From: a virus
Reading direction: 5' to 3' (one strand)
DNA: 64,000 nt
IMG/VR virus record: IMGVR_UViG_3300027151_000002
Span: 1 to 64,000 of that record
The notes under the pieces are model-generated. The model saw only the letters and a program-made list of their open reading frames with translations, searched no databases and was not told the origin of the DNA. The translations under genes and the position numbers were made by a program. Positions 45,255 to 56,095 of the stretch are shown here, in pieces (the stretch's first letter is position 1; each line of letters opens with the position of its first letter).

Positions 45255-48200
45255 ATGGCCGATCAAAGAATTACGGAACTCGTCGAACTTCCTCAGGGAG
45301 GCGTAGCTTCTAACGACGTACTACCCATTTCGGACGTTAGCGCCAGTCAAACCAAGAAGGTGCAAGTGAAGAGCCTGATCCAGGCAGGCTTTAACATTGC
45401 TGACGCTTCAACTCTTGATATTTCAAAGATTAATCAAGCCAGTATTGCAAAACTTACTGGCTCTTCCATTGCCCCTAATACGCTCACTTATGACAAGATA
45501 CAGCAAGTAAGCGCTAATAAGCTTCTAGGTCGCAGTAGTTCTACTGGCAATGTAGAAGAGATTGATTGCACTGTTTATATTCGCACTCTTCTTGATGATG
45601 CCAATGCTGCTGGTGCACGTTCCACATTGGAATTGGGAATAGTTGCCACTGGCAACACTATCAATACCAGTCTTCTTGAAGACTTAAGCATTACCACTGG
45701 TAAGATCAATAATTTAGCAGTTACGGCCGCAAAGCTTGCTAGCGGCGCGGTAGAAACAGCCAAGATTTTTGATGGTGCTGTCACTTCTGCAAAAATTGAA
45801 ACCAGTGGCATTACAGGGAATAATGTAAGTGCTGGCGCCATTGATACTGTTCATCTAGCTGCAAGTGGCATTACGCTTGCAAAAATGGCAGCCAATTCAG
45901 TTGGCACCATTCAATTAGTTGATAGTGGCATTACGCAGGCAAAATTGGCCAGTGGCGCCATCTCTTCAGCAAATATCGCCGACAGTGGCATCACGCAAAT
46001 TAAGCTTGCTAGTGGCGCTGTAAATACAATCAATTTGGTTGACAGTGGAATCACTGCCGCGAAATTAGCTTCCGGCGCTGTCACCATTGAAAAATTGGCG
46101 CTTGCTTCCGGCGAGCTATCGGGCGTAGTAATCACTGCGAGTTCCATTCCTTCTGGAAGCTATACAAGTGGTTCCATTCCAACTGCAGCCATTGAAGATA
46201 ATGCCGTCACTTTTGCCAAGATTCAACAAGTGGCAAGTGGCGTGCTGCTTGGTCGAGCATCTGCTGGTAGCGGCAACGTAGAAAGCATCACACTTACTGC
46301 GGCAGGCAGGGCATTGTTGGATGATGCTGATGCCACTGCACAGCGCACTACGCTTGGACTTGGTTCGTTAGCCGTAAAAAATACAGTAGGAAGTGGAGAT
46401 TATGACTCTTCTTCCATTGTCACTGGAAACATTGCCGACAGTGCAATCACCACTGCAAAGCTTGCTGATAGTGGCGTTACTACTGTCAAAATTGTAGATG
46501 CAAACGTTACGGCAGACAAGCTTGCTAGTAATTCTGTTACTACAGCCAAGATTATTGACGGTGGCGTTACAACTGCCAAGATTGCTGACGGAGCTGTTTC
46601 TTACGCAAAAATTCAAGCCACTTCTACAAGCAATGTGTTGCTTGGTCGCTCTTCAGCAAGTGGCGGTACTGTAGAAGAAATCTCTTGCACTTCTGCGGCG
46701 CGTTCTATTCTTGATGATGCAACTATTGCTGATATTCGCTCCACTCTTGGTCTTGGCACATTAGCCACGCAAAACGGCACCTTTACTGGTACGTCCACTG
46801 GTACTAATACTGGCGACCAGACCATCACGCTTTCTGGAGATGTTACAGGCACTGGCACAGGGGCGTTTGCTGCCACTATCGCCACTTCTGCAGTCACTTC
46901 AGCAAAGATTAATGACGGGGCTGTTACCACTGCAAAAATTGCGGATGGTGCTGTTACCAGCGCCAAGATGGCGAATAATTCTGCTGCCATTGTTGCTGGC
47001 TCCACTCCTGTTGGTAGTGGCATCTTTATTGGCCAGCAATGGCTAAATACTGGCACTGGCGTTGAATACACTTGGACGGGAAGTGAATGGCAGCGACAGT
47101 CTGGTCTTTCCACTGCTGTCATCTCTGGCGACACTGTTTACAGCTTTACCACCTCCTATCCTGATGCCTTCAGTGCATCCATTGTTCCTTCGTTAAACAC
47201 GCAAGTTGCCACGCGCTTCTTTGCTGGTCCTGCAAGCGGCAGTGCTGATGCTGCTCCGACTTTCCGTGCCATCACCGCCAATGATCTTCCTAGGGCTACC
47301 ACGGCAGCATTAGGCGTAGCTCAAGCTGGTACGGGCCTAGTAACTGTCAGCGGCATCTTTAACCACGCGAATAGCGTGGCGTCTGGCATCTATTACAAAG
47401 TAACAGTGGATGCACAGGGGCACGTTAGTGCTGGTCAGACAAGCTTGGTTGCGGATGACATTCCGTCTCTTCCTGCAAGCAAAATTACTACTGGCACATT
47501 TGGTAGTGGCTTAATTGCGGATGATTCCATTCTTGCTTCTAAACTTGCAAACTATTCAGTGAGTCAGTTTGGCGAAGCACCGCCGGTTGCTGATTTTATT
47601 GGACAATTCTTCTTCAATCCATTGGAGAAAGACCTTTACTTATGGGATGGTAACGTTTGGAACCCTGTTGGCATTAGCGTTGGCGAAATCATCTTTGGTG
47701 GCACATATAACGCAAGCGGAAATATTATTGCTAGCACCAGTAGCGATGGTGCTGCTGTTGGTTTAACCGTTGGGCAACCACTTCCCACTCCTTCTGCCAC
47801 GTTTAATCGTTATTACGTGGTGGTAGCAAGCGGTGGTACTGGCACTTCGCCTGCTCCTGCTACTACTTTGCAGCCGCCCGACATTCTGCTTTGCAATGGT
47901 GCTGCTTGGACTGAAGTGGATGTTAGCTCCACTTATCTTTCGCAGAGCGCTGCGCAGGTGTCCTTTACTCCTGCTGCAAGCATTTCTGCAAGCAACGTAC
48001 AAGCTGCCATTGAAGAAGTTAGCAACGAATGTAGGAATGTTAATAACGTAGCGAGCGGCATTCTTGCCACTGGTTATGGCGGAACAAGCTTTAATTCCTA
48101 CACGAAGGGTGATCTTCTTGTTGGCAGTGGAACCACTCTTGTCAAGCAAGCAGTGGGAACAAATGGGCAAGTATTGACGGCTAATTCTGCGTTTGGTGGC

Positions 48201-48803
48201 GGTGTTCAGTGGGTGACGCCTGCAAGTGGCACAGTTCTTTCAGTGAGCGTTAATGCTCCGCTCACTGTTGTTAGCGGCACCACAACGCCAGTTATTTCCA
48301 TCCCTGACGCTACGACAAGCGTGCGTGGCACCGTTCAGCTCACTGACAGCACGAGCACTACTAGCTCTACGCTTGCTGCCACTGCCACTGCAGTAAAGAG
48401 CGCTTATGACCTGGCTAATGCAGCATTGCCCAAAGCTGGTGGGACTATTACTGGTGCCGTTACATTCGGGACGACAGGCACGCTTTTCTTTGAGGGCGCC
48501 ACTGATAACGCTTTTGAAATTCAGCTTACTGCTGCTGATGCCACGGCGGACAGGACAATCACGCTTCCCAACGTCACTGGCACTGTTGTCACTACTGGTG
48601 ATACTGGCACAGTCACCAATACAATGCTTGCTGGCAGCATTGCTGATACCAAACTTAATACTATTTCCACCGCTGGAAAAGTTAGTAATAGCGCCACCAC
48701 TGCTACCAGCGCTAACACTGCTAGCGCAATTGTCGCTCGCGATGCAAGTGGTAATTTCTCTGCTGGTACTATTGATGCCATCATTGATGAAGGCACGTTC
48801 TAA
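45255..48803 (+). CDS. long tail fibre with 10-aa repeats
   Basis: many (G/S)(I/V)TxAK(L/I)A(D/S) repeats; ATT..RG.VQL..S fibre motif. Confidence 0.8.
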   Translation: MADQRITELVELPQGGVASNDVLPISDVSASQTKKVQVKSLIQAGFNIADASTLDISKINQASIAKLTGSSIAPNTLTYDKIQQVSANKLLGRSSSTGNVEEIDCTVYIRTLLDDANAAGARSTLELGIVATGNTINTSLLEDLSITTGKINNLAVTAAKLASGAVETAKIFDGAVTSAKIETSGITGNNVSAGAIDTVHLAASGITLAKMAANSVGTIQLVDSGITQAKLASGAISSANIADSGITQIKLASGAVNTINLVDSGITAAKLASGAVTIEKLALASGELSGVVITASSIPSGSYTSGSIPTAAIEDNAVTFAKIQQVASGVLLGRASAGSGNVESITLTAAGRALLDDADATAQRTTLGLGSLAVKNTVGSGDYDSSSIVTGNIADSAITTAKLADSGVTTVKIVDANVTADKLASNSVTTAKIIDGGVTTAKIADGAVSYAKIQATSTSNVLLGRSSASGGTVEEISCTSAARSILDDATIADIRSTLGLGTLATQNGTFTGTSTGTNTGDQTITLSGDVTGTGTGAFAATIATSAVTSAKINDGAVTTAKIADGAVTSAKMANNSAAIVAGSTPVGSGIFIGQQWLNTGTGVEYTWTGSEWQRQSGLSTAVISGDTVYSFTTSYPDAFSASIVPSLNTQVATRFFAGPASGSADAAPTFRAITANDLPRATTAALGVAQAGTGLVTVSGIFNHANSVASGIYYKVTVDAQGHVSAGQTSLVADDIPSLPASKITTGTFGSGLIADDSILASKLANYSVSQFGEAPPVADFIGQFFFNPLEKDLYLWDGNVWNPVGISVGEIIFGGTYNASGNIIASTSSDGAAVGLTVGQPLPTPSATFNRYYVVVASGGTGTSPAPATTLQPPDILLCNGAAWTEVDVSSTYLSQSAAQVSFTPAASISASNVQAAIEEVSNECRNVNNVASGILATGYGGTSFNSYTKGDLLVGSGTTLVKQAVGTNGQVLTANSAFGGGVQWVTPASGTVLSVSVNAPLTVVSGTTTPVISIPDATTSVRGTVQLTDSTSTTSSTLAATATAVKSAYDLANAALPKAGGTITGAVTFGTTGTLFFEGATDNAFEIQLTAADATADRTITLPNVTGTVVTTGDTGTVTNTMLAGSIADTKLNTISTAGKVSNSATTATSANTASAIVARDASGNFSAGTIDAIIDEGTF

Positions 48804-48877
48804 TCATTAGAAAACAAAAGCCTTTTAGAATTGCAAGAGACTAATTTGTCTCCTGTAATTCTGGAAGGCTTTTAATT

Positions 48878-50665
48878 ATGGCTGGTGTTCTTCAGCATCT
48901 GCGTTCATCGACGCTTAACAAGCGCCCTAATCCTGCGTCCATGGTTGATGGACAATTGGCCATTAACTATGCAAGTGGTAGTCCTGGAGCATTCTTTAAG
49001 GATACCAATGGTAATTTAGTGAAAGTGGGGCCTGTGCATGTTGGCGCAACGGCTCCTAATGTTAGTCCTGCAAGTGGCGGCACTGCTGGTAATAGCCTTG
49101 GCGAGCAATGGCTTGATACCAGTGGCGGCACTTATGTGTTTAAGATTTGGGACGGTGCTGCATGGCGCAGTGAGGCTGGTGAGTTTGTAAACGTCACTGG
49201 CGACACGATGACTGGTGCGTTTGGTGTTGTCGCGGGCTCAGATTCCACGCCAGGACTATTTATTAGCGGGGACGCAAATACTGGTATTTACTCTCCTGGT
49301 GCAGACCAGCTAGCTCTAACCACTAATGGCACTGGGCGACTGTTTATTGACAGTTCAGGTCGTGTAGGGATTGGCACTACGAGCCCCGCATCAAAACTCG
49401 ACGTATCTGGAGACATAAATTATTCGGGCGATATAGGCACAAGCGGAAATGGCTTTATTTACTCCTACGGTGGAGGATCGCTTGGTGATGTCCGAACTGG
49501 ACTTAAGCTTGATGGACAAAATAAAGCTTTCTTAGTTTTCACTGATGCTTTAGAACGCGCCCGCATCGACAGCTCCGGCAGGCTCTTAGTTGGTACGTCT
49601 ACTGCGGATACAGCAAATGGCACGGCGCCTTTGCAAATCAGCACTGAAGGTAATACCGCAGATAGCGGAATCTTTATCCGCAACAGTAGTTCAGTAGCCT
49701 TTGCGGCTCAATTAAGGCTTGGTAGTTCTCGCGGAACCAAAGCAAGCCCCTCAAGCGTGGCAAGCGGAGATACTCTTACTGAGATTCATGGAGCGGGATA
49801 CGACGGCAGCGCCTGGATTCGTGCTGCAAGCATAGGAGTTGTTGTAGACGGCACCCCTGGCACTAGTGACATGCCAGGCCGAATCATACTGAGCACGACC
49901 TCCGACGGGGCGAGTACTCCAACGGAGCGGATGAGGATTGGGAGTACTGGACGAGTTACTATTCAGAACAATACTGGTTCTTACGATGCCGGAGGCAGCG
50001 GTCCTGGCCTAGAAATATTTGCTGGCCAGGAAGTTGGTCGCTATTCATATCACTTCGGAGCTTACGTTACTGGGGGCGCAATTGGTCCTTATATTAGAAG
50101 CGCACAAAACAGTAATTGGGCATCACCAGTTAATCTCGCTATTTTACATAATACTGGCTCATCATTTTGGTCAAACTTACTACCTGCAACAGATAATACT
50201 TATTCTTGTGGGGGATCAGCAGCTCGCTGGACAGCTATTTGGGCTGTCAACGGAGCCATCCAAACATCAGATATTCGTGACAAAACGGAAATTCGGCCTA
50301 TTGAAAATGGTATTGATTTTATCAAGCGCCTCCGGCCTATTACCTACAAATGGAAGATTGGTGGATATGAAATAGAGCGCGATGAAGACGGTGCTCCCAT
50401 TCCAGACGAAAACGGAAATCCAAGGCAGCATCCCGTTCCCGGTAATCGTACGCACTGGGGATTTGCATCTCAAGAGGTCAAGACAGTCGCCGACGAGTTC
50501 GGTATTGACTTTGGCGGATGGGTGTTAACCGATAAAAACGATCCCGACAGCCAGCAGGCTCTGCGTTACGACCAGTTCATTGCACCGCTGACCAAGGCTC
50601 TGCAGGAGGCGTTGGCTGAGATCGACGTACTTAAGGCCAAAGTTGCAGCTCTTGAAAGCGCGTAG
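48878..50665 (+). CDS. tail fibre with C-terminal intramolecular chaperone (peptidase S74)
   Basis: GRVGIGTTSP, ER.RI.S.G repeats; TSD.RDK..I..., L.P..Y.W, GF.SQEV, LRY..FIAPL.KA.QE. Confidence 0.88.
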   Translation: MAGVLQHLRSSTLNKRPNPASMVDGQLAINYASGSPGAFFKDTNGNLVKVGPVHVGATAPNVSPASGGTAGNSLGEQWLDTSGGTYVFKIWDGAAWRSEAGEFVNVTGDTMTGAFGVVAGSDSTPGLFISGDANTGIYSPGADQLALTTNGTGRLFIDSSGRVGIGTTSPASKLDVSGDINYSGDIGTSGNGFIYSYGGGSLGDVRTGLKLDGQNKAFLVFTDALERARIDSSGRLLVGTSTADTANGTAPLQISTEGNTADSGIFIRNSSSVAFAAQLRLGSSRGTKASPSSVASGDTLTEIHGAGYDGSAWIRAASIGVVVDGTPGTSDMPGRIILSTTSDGASTPTERMRIGSTGRVTIQNNTGSYDAGGSGPGLEIFAGQEVGRYSYHFGAYVTGGAIGPYIRSAQNSNWASPVNLAILHNTGSSFWSNLLPATDNTYSCGGSAARWTAIWAVNGAIQTSDIRDKTEIRPIENGIDFIKRLRPITYKWKIGGYEIERDEDGAPIPDENGNPRQHPVPGNRTHWGFASQEVKTVADEFGIDFGGWVLTDKNDPDSQQALRYDQFIAPLTKALQEALAEIDVLKAKVAALESA

Positions 50666-50751
50666 TCCACATCGCTACTAGCTCTGGCGGTTTCCCGAAG
50701 AAACCGCCTTCTTTTCCATTGCTAAACTAACGAAGACCATTCTTTCTGATC

Positions 50752-51063
50752 ATGGCAATTACTTACACATGGGCGGTGGCCAATATGGACCGCACGCTTT
50801 CAAATGGTTACGTGGGCACTGTTCACTATACAATTTCTGCCGATGATGGCACCTATGCAAGTTCGGCCTATGGCAGTCTTGGTCTTGAAGCTCCTGACGA
50901 GGACAATGCCATTCCTTACGCTCAGCTCACTCCCGAAATTGTCATCGGCTGGGTGAAAGAAAAGTTTGGCGATGAGAAAGTAGCAGAAATTGAAGCTGCT
51001 CTTGCCGTTCAAATTGAACAGCAACGTACTCCCACCACTGGCACTGGTCTTCCTTGGGCTTGA
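50752..51063 (+). CDS. tail fibre-associated protein
   Basis: follows fibre; IPY..LT...VIGWV...G.PW. Confidence 0.65.
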   Translation: MAITYTWAVANMDRTLSNGYVGTVHYTISADDGTYASSAYGSLGLEAPDEDNAIPYAQLTPEIVIGWVKEKFGDEKVAEIEAALAVQIEQQRTPTTGTGLPWA

Positions 51064-51066
51064 TAA

Positions 51067-51207
51067 ATGGCAGCAAAATCAAAGATTGGTATTAGCGGTC
51101 AAAAGCTACATCAAGCTGGCAAGCCAAAGCTTACAAAGCAAGGCCAAGGAAAACATAGCAAAGCATCTCACGGCCGCAAACTTTCTCGCGGCCAAGGCAA
51201 GGGATGA
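51067..51207 (+). CDS. small basic protein (46 aa; not in ORF track)
   Basis: PKLTKQGQGKHSK...RGQGK, a pattern seen in cyanophage small basic proteins. Confidence 0.65.
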   Translation: MAAKSKIGISGQKLHQAGKPKLTKQGQGKHSKASHGRKLSRGQGKG

Positions 51208-51281
51208 TTATTTCAAGGAGCGTTAGCTCCTTTTTTAATGGCAAGAACAAAGCTATAATGAAGCTAATTAGCCAGTGAGCA

Positions 51282-51854
51282 ATGATTTATCCAGCCACTT
51301 ATGACATAGTGGTATTGCAAAATGCCACTTGGAAAAATCAGTTTAGAGCCACTGAAAACCAGAAGCAAACAACAATTGATATTTCTGGAAGCACATTTAC
51401 TACTAGCTGCCATGGCTTTAACAGTGGTCAGAAAGTGGTATTTGCTGGAGGCGCATTACCTTGCGGGATGACTGACAATACTGTCTACTATGTCATTGCA
51501 AGTGGTTTAACTAACGATTCTTTCAAAGTGTCAGCTTCTTCTGGGGGAACAAGCCTAGCTCTTCATGGTACCGCTAGTGGTACGCATTACGTGAGCACTC
51601 CCATTAATTTAAGTGGATATACTGTTGATTCTGATATTCGCGGGCTTCTTGAAAATCAATATGTGGGCACTTTCTCTCCATCGTTAATTGATGCAGCAAA
51701 TGGTTTGTTTCAGCTTGAACTTTCTCCTGCCACCACTTCTGGCTTTGAAACTGGACAGTTTGGTTATGACGTGAGTCTCACTTCATCTGGAGGCGAGCGA
51801 TATTATTGGCTTACTGGCAAGATGACTGTTCAAGCCACTTATTCACGCGCTTAA
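51282..51854 (+). CDS. virion structural protein
   Basis: PINLSGYTV...G...L.LS...T....YDV pattern. Confidence 0.6.
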   Translation: MIYPATYDIVVLQNATWKNQFRATENQKQTTIDISGSTFTTSCHGFNSGQKVVFAGGALPCGMTDNTVYYVIASGLTNDSFKVSASSGGTSLALHGTASGTHYVSTPINLSGYTVDSDIRGLLENQYVGTFSPSLIDAANGLFQLELSPATTSGFETGQFGYDVSLTSSGGERYYWLTGKMTVQATYSRA

Positions 51855-51858
51855 TTTC

Positions 51859-52110
51859 ATGCCGGAAGTATCTCTCATTTCGACTGCTAATGGCAGTGTT
51901 GCATTAATTGGCGAAAATAATACAGGGTCTAGCGCCATCTTTTCTAGCGATGATGGCAATGCTGTTATCGTCAGTGCTTCAAGCACTAATGCAGCTATCA
52001 TTAATAGTGATTCCGTTGCTTCTTCTATGGTGGTTGCGTCTTCAGTTGGAGCGCAAGGACCACAAGGAGACAACGATAACGCTATTGCTTATTCCATTGC
52101 TTTAGGATGA
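51859..52110 (+). CDS. small virion protein
   Basis: short collagen-like GAQGPQG and AIAYSIALG C-terminus. Confidence 0.6.
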   Translation: MPEVSLISTANGSVALIGENNTGSSAIFSSDDGNAVIVSASSTNAAIINSDSVASSMVVASSVGAQGPQGDNDNAIAYSIALG

Positions 52111-54600
52111 ATGGCTAAATATCTCGTTTCTGGCTATACATTCTCGCCTGGCGTTGCTGGCTCTGGCAGTATTACGATTAGCGGTATTTTTCCGCTAGAG
52201 CAATTTTTGCTTGCTACAAATGTCACTGATAATGTAGTTATTTATCAATTCAATTCGCCGGCACGAGGCGGTAGTGTTAGCAGCGTTTCGGGAAATACGA
52301 CGCTATTCCTTAATGCTGACACTAGCGGCATGAACGCTGCAGATAAAGTGCAGCTTTTTGTTGATGATGGCGCAGATATTCAAGTGGAGATTGCTAATGC
52401 AAGCGTAGAGATTAGCAATGATAGCGGCAATCCAGTACCTGCAAGCATTGCAAGTTTACCATTACCGTCTGGAGCTGCGTCTGAAGCCACTGCGTCTGGC
52501 ATTAGAACTGCCATCGCTAGCGGCGTAAATGTTTACCCTGCGAATATTACTACTAAATTCAGGGAATCGTTTGAAAGCTTTTCTCCTGGAACTAATTGGA
52601 CTTTAACTACAGCTTCGGGGGACCTTGTTCAGCTAGATGGAAATGCAATGTCTGCGTCCTATCTAGTTATTTCTAAAGATCCTCTAGTCGCAGACGGAGA
52701 AACAGTTTTACAGGGAATCACTAACTATGACATGCCTTTAGAGGCTGCAGTTGGCTTAAGTATGTCCCAGCGAGTATTGGGACAAGAGCTGTCAGTAGAA
52801 ATTATTAGCACAGACGCAGGTCTCACCCCTCCTTCTGAATTAACCATTGCAAGTATTTCGCAATCAACTACCACTTTGACAGTTAATACGTCAGGCGCCC
52901 ATGGTCTTGTTCCTGGCAAGCGTATTGGTATTTATGGAGTGAGTGATAGTCGATTTAACTATCCGTCTTTAGTTGTTGCGACCATTCCTTCTACCACGCA
53001 GTTCACTTGCACTGCTGGACCTGGTGGTACCATTCCTTCTGTAACGGCAGGTCCATTTACTTCCGGTTTTGTTTACCAGCGCTCTGCATTGGGATATGCA
53101 AGGGATGGGATGTCGCAAATTTTTGAGAACGCTACTGCCACTAACTCATCTTTATACGTGCGCGCCAATAGTGGCGATGTTCTTCCTGGCGGTGCTGCGA
53201 ATGGTAACCATTCAACAACCGTCAACACGACTGTTGGAACACAAGGTATTAATGCTGCTTTCACTTACTCATGGTTTCCAGCCACTGAATTTAGATATAT
53301 TTTGCAGGCAGACAGGGCTCAGTATCAAGATGCTGCAGTTGACAGTATTGGTGCGTTGAATGCCAGGATATTTAGAACGCAGGTGGTTCCTGATTTTACA
53401 AAACAATATAAGCTGCGTTTTCGATTTACCAATAATAAAGGGCTTACTGTTCCAACTGCACAAATTGTTTCTGCAGTCAAAGCCGGCTCTACCACTGCCA
53501 CAATTACAACGTCAACAGCGCATGGTTTAACAACTGGTGATCAAATTGTCATCTATGGCATTCGTGATCAAACTAACTTCGCCAACTTGACTACTGCCAC
53601 TGCAGTTGCCTCCACCCCCACGTCCACTTCTTTCACCATTGCTTTTGGTGCTTCTGCCACTGCTACCAGTTATGGTGGCATGGTGGCGCGAGTGCAAGGC
53701 GGAAGCATTCCTGCCGCCTTTACAACTGTTGCCATTCAGTCTGCAGCCAACGATGGCACTGCATTAACTCTCGTTGGTAGCGGCAACTGGGCCGCTTCAG
53801 TTGGGGACTATGTGAATGTTTATAGCTGTAGAAACGATTCGACTGGTGCATCTTTAAATGTGGATGGCGTCTATAAAGTTGCAAACGTTGCTACTACGAC
53901 AATAACTTTACTTCCCATTGGAGGAACTGTTCTTCCTGCCACTTTTACCACTACAAATGCTGGCGGTACGATCATTAAACGTACAGACGCACGAATTGGC
54001 TTTGTTCGTATTTTTGATTATCTCCGTGAAAGAGTGGAGATTCAAGCTAATTCAACGCAAGCAGCTTCTGTTCCAGTACAGTTAACTCACCAAGCAAGCG
54101 TTAATGCGCTTAATACTGCAGGCTCTGCAGCGCACGATGCTGCGGTTGCTGGTAACCCTGTAAGGATTGCAGGACGTGCTCTCACTGCCAACTACGCAAA
54201 CGTTGCCACTGGCGATACGGCTGATCTAATCACCACTTTACAAGGTGCATTAATCACTCGTCCATATCAAATTCCTGAGCTTGAATGGTCCTACGCTGCA
54301 ACTAGTAGTGGCATTTCAAACACAGCAGACGTGGCATTAGCTGGCGCTGCCGGTGCTGGTTTAAGACGCTATCTCACTTCTTTGGCGGTTAAAAACGCGA
54401 ATGCTACGGTGACAGAAGCCGTAGTAAAGGATGGTAGTACTGTAATTTGGCGCGGACACCTCAGTGGAACCATGACATCAACAGATCAAATTGTTTTTAA
54501 TAATCCATTGAAAACGTCCGCTAATGCTGCTTTAAACTTTGCTTGTGTAGCCTCCGGCGCTCAAGTGTATGTCAATGCTCAAGGATATACTGCTCCATAA
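52111..54600 (+). CDS. tail fibre/spike-like protein
   Basis: 829 aa, Thr/Ser/Ala/Gly-rich, repeated T...HGL..G..I.I.G beta modules. Confidence 0.7.
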   Translation: MAKYLVSGYTFSPGVAGSGSITISGIFPLEQFLLATNVTDNVVIYQFNSPARGGSVSSVSGNTTLFLNADTSGMNAADKVQLFVDDGADIQVEIANASVEISNDSGNPVPASIASLPLPSGAASEATASGIRTAIASGVNVYPANITTKFRESFESFSPGTNWTLTTASGDLVQLDGNAMSASYLVISKDPLVADGETVLQGITNYDMPLEAAVGLSMSQRVLGQELSVEIISTDAGLTPPSELTIASISQSTTTLTVNTSGAHGLVPGKRIGIYGVSDSRFNYPSLVVATIPSTTQFTCTAGPGGTIPSVTAGPFTSGFVYQRSALGYARDGMSQIFENATATNSSLYVRANSGDVLPGGAANGNHSTTVNTTVGTQGINAAFTYSWFPATEFRYILQADRAQYQDAAVDSIGALNARIFRTQVVPDFTKQYKLRFRFTNNKGLTVPTAQIVSAVKAGSTTATITTSTAHGLTTGDQIVIYGIRDQTNFANLTTATAVASTPTSTSFTIAFGASATATSYGGMVARVQGGSIPAAFTTVAIQSAANDGTALTLVGSGNWAASVGDYVNVYSCRNDSTGASLNVDGVYKVANVATTTITLLPIGGTVLPATFTTTNAGGTIIKRTDARIGFVRIFDYLRERVEIQANSTQAASVPVQLTHQASVNALNTAGSAAHDAAVAGNPVRIAGRALTANYANVATGDTADLITTLQGALITRPYQIPELEWSYAATSSGISNTADVALAGAAGAGLRRYLTSLAVKNANATVTEAVVKDGSTVIWRGHLSGTMTSTDQIVFNNPLKTSANAALNFACVASGAQVYVNAQGYTAP

Positions 54601-54625
54601 TAGACTTAAATAAAGGGCTATTTTC

Positions 54626-55852
54626 ATGGGACAAGTAGTTAGAGGCGGTGACCAGTTTGAAACTGCAATTGCCGCCGATTATCGTGGTCAAATTATTCGT
54701 CGTGGTATTGACAGCGGAGAAGTGGATGCCTTTGCACGTAAGCGCGTAAGCCAGCCATATACGCTATTTGATTCCGTACTTCGTTACGACAAACGTAGTG
54801 ATGTGTGGAATGAAACCATCACTGGTTCTGCATCGTCTGTTCATGATGCGAATCAAAGCTCTATCAATATGACTGTCACCACCGCCTCTGGTGACAGCGT
54901 AATGAGGCGCACTCGGCGAAGGTTTCCTTATCAGCCAGGAAAGTCTTTGCTTTCCATTCAAAGCTTTGCTGGGTCAATGCCGGCGAGTGGTGTTATTCAG
55001 GAAGTGGGACTATTTGATGACAACAATGGAATCATTCTTCGTGCCAGTGGCACCACTCTTCAGCTAGTGGTAAGAGGAAAGTATTCTGGCGTTGTCACTG
55101 AAAACGTTATTAATCAGGATCAATGGAATATTGACACTGCTTCGTGGCTTGATTTTTCAAAGGCCAACATCTTTACCACTGATCTTGAATGGTTAGGGGC
55201 AGGACGGGCACGTTGTGGTTTTATTCTTGATGGCGAATATTATTATTGCCATGAATTCCTCCATGCAAATAATATTAGTAGCGTCTATATGACAGCGGCA
55301 GTATTGCCACAAACCTATCGCATTGCAAAATATGCAACAAGCGCTAGTGGCGCAACAATGAAGCAAATTTGCTCCACTGTTGCAAGCGAAGGCGGGTATC
55401 AACCCTATGGCGAAGTTTATGCAATTTCTCCTGCTCTTGGTTCAATTCCTAATATCACTGGTGAGCGTATCGTTGCCGGCATTCGCATGGCAAGTGGCCG
55501 CACTGATAATGTGATCATTCCAGTGAAAGTTGATTTAGTGACGGAGGATAATACCACGATTGAATGGAAGCTTCGTCGTAATCCAACCACTTCTGGCGTT
55601 ACTTGGACCGCTAGTGCCAATGGCAGGGGAAATGTGGAAACCACCTCTGCTGGCAGCATTGTTTCCGGCGGAACCACTGTTAATGCTGGTCTTTACTACA
55701 GCGCTGGTTCAGTGGAAATCGATGTGCAAGATGGGCTTAGCCTTTCCTTGGGCGTCAATGGAAGCGGAGTTAGCGATGAACTGTTCCTTACAGTGACAAG
55801 CTCTGGCAACGCTAAAGCAACTGGCATGTTGGGCTGGATTGAAACGCTATAG
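54626..55852 (+). CDS. virion structural protein
   Basis: DAF.R.RVS.P.TLFDS, YQPGKS, EWLGAG..R.GF. Confidence 0.65.
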   Translation: MGQVVRGGDQFETAIAADYRGQIIRRGIDSGEVDAFARKRVSQPYTLFDSVLRYDKRSDVWNETITGSASSVHDANQSSINMTVTTASGDSVMRRTRRRFPYQPGKSLLSIQSFAGSMPASGVIQEVGLFDDNNGIILRASGTTLQLVVRGKYSGVVTENVINQDQWNIDTASWLDFSKANIFTTDLEWLGAGRARCGFILDGEYYYCHEFLHANNISSVYMTAAVLPQTYRIAKYATSASGATMKQICSTVASEGGYQPYGEVYAISPALGSIPNITGERIVAGIRMASGRTDNVIIPVKVDLVTEDNTTIEWKLRRNPTTSGVTWTASANGRGNVETTSAGSIVSGGTTVNAGLYYSAGSVEIDVQDGLSLSLGVNGSGVSDELFLTVTSSGNAKATGMLGWIETL

Positions 55853-55873
55853 AAGCTATGCTGGGGCAGCACC

Positions 55874-56095
55874 ATGCTACCCCTTTCCATGGCTTTTCCT
55901 TTCGTTGCAGAAGGCGAGTGGTACAAGCAACAGACGGAGCATCTTTCGGACATTCTTGCTGAGCTACTGACAGACGATGATCCAGCAATGGCCTGTAAGG
56001 CACTGAGCGAAACCATCGCTTCTTGGGAGGACTACCACGAGAAGGAGCTTGCTAAATGGAAGCGCCTCAGGGTGCTTCTGGGCTTAAGTAATTAA
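55874..56095 (+). CDS. hypothetical protein
   Basis: ATG ORF. Confidence 0.55.
   Translation: MLPLSMAFPFVAEGEWYKQQTEHLSDILAELLTDDDPAMACKALSETIASWEDYHEKELAKWKRLRVLLGLSN

Noticed and set aside
45255-55852. Diversity-generating retroelement or invertible fibre cassette
   Set aside because: No reverse transcriptase or invertase and no template/variable repeat pair noticed; the repeats are protein-level fibre repeats.
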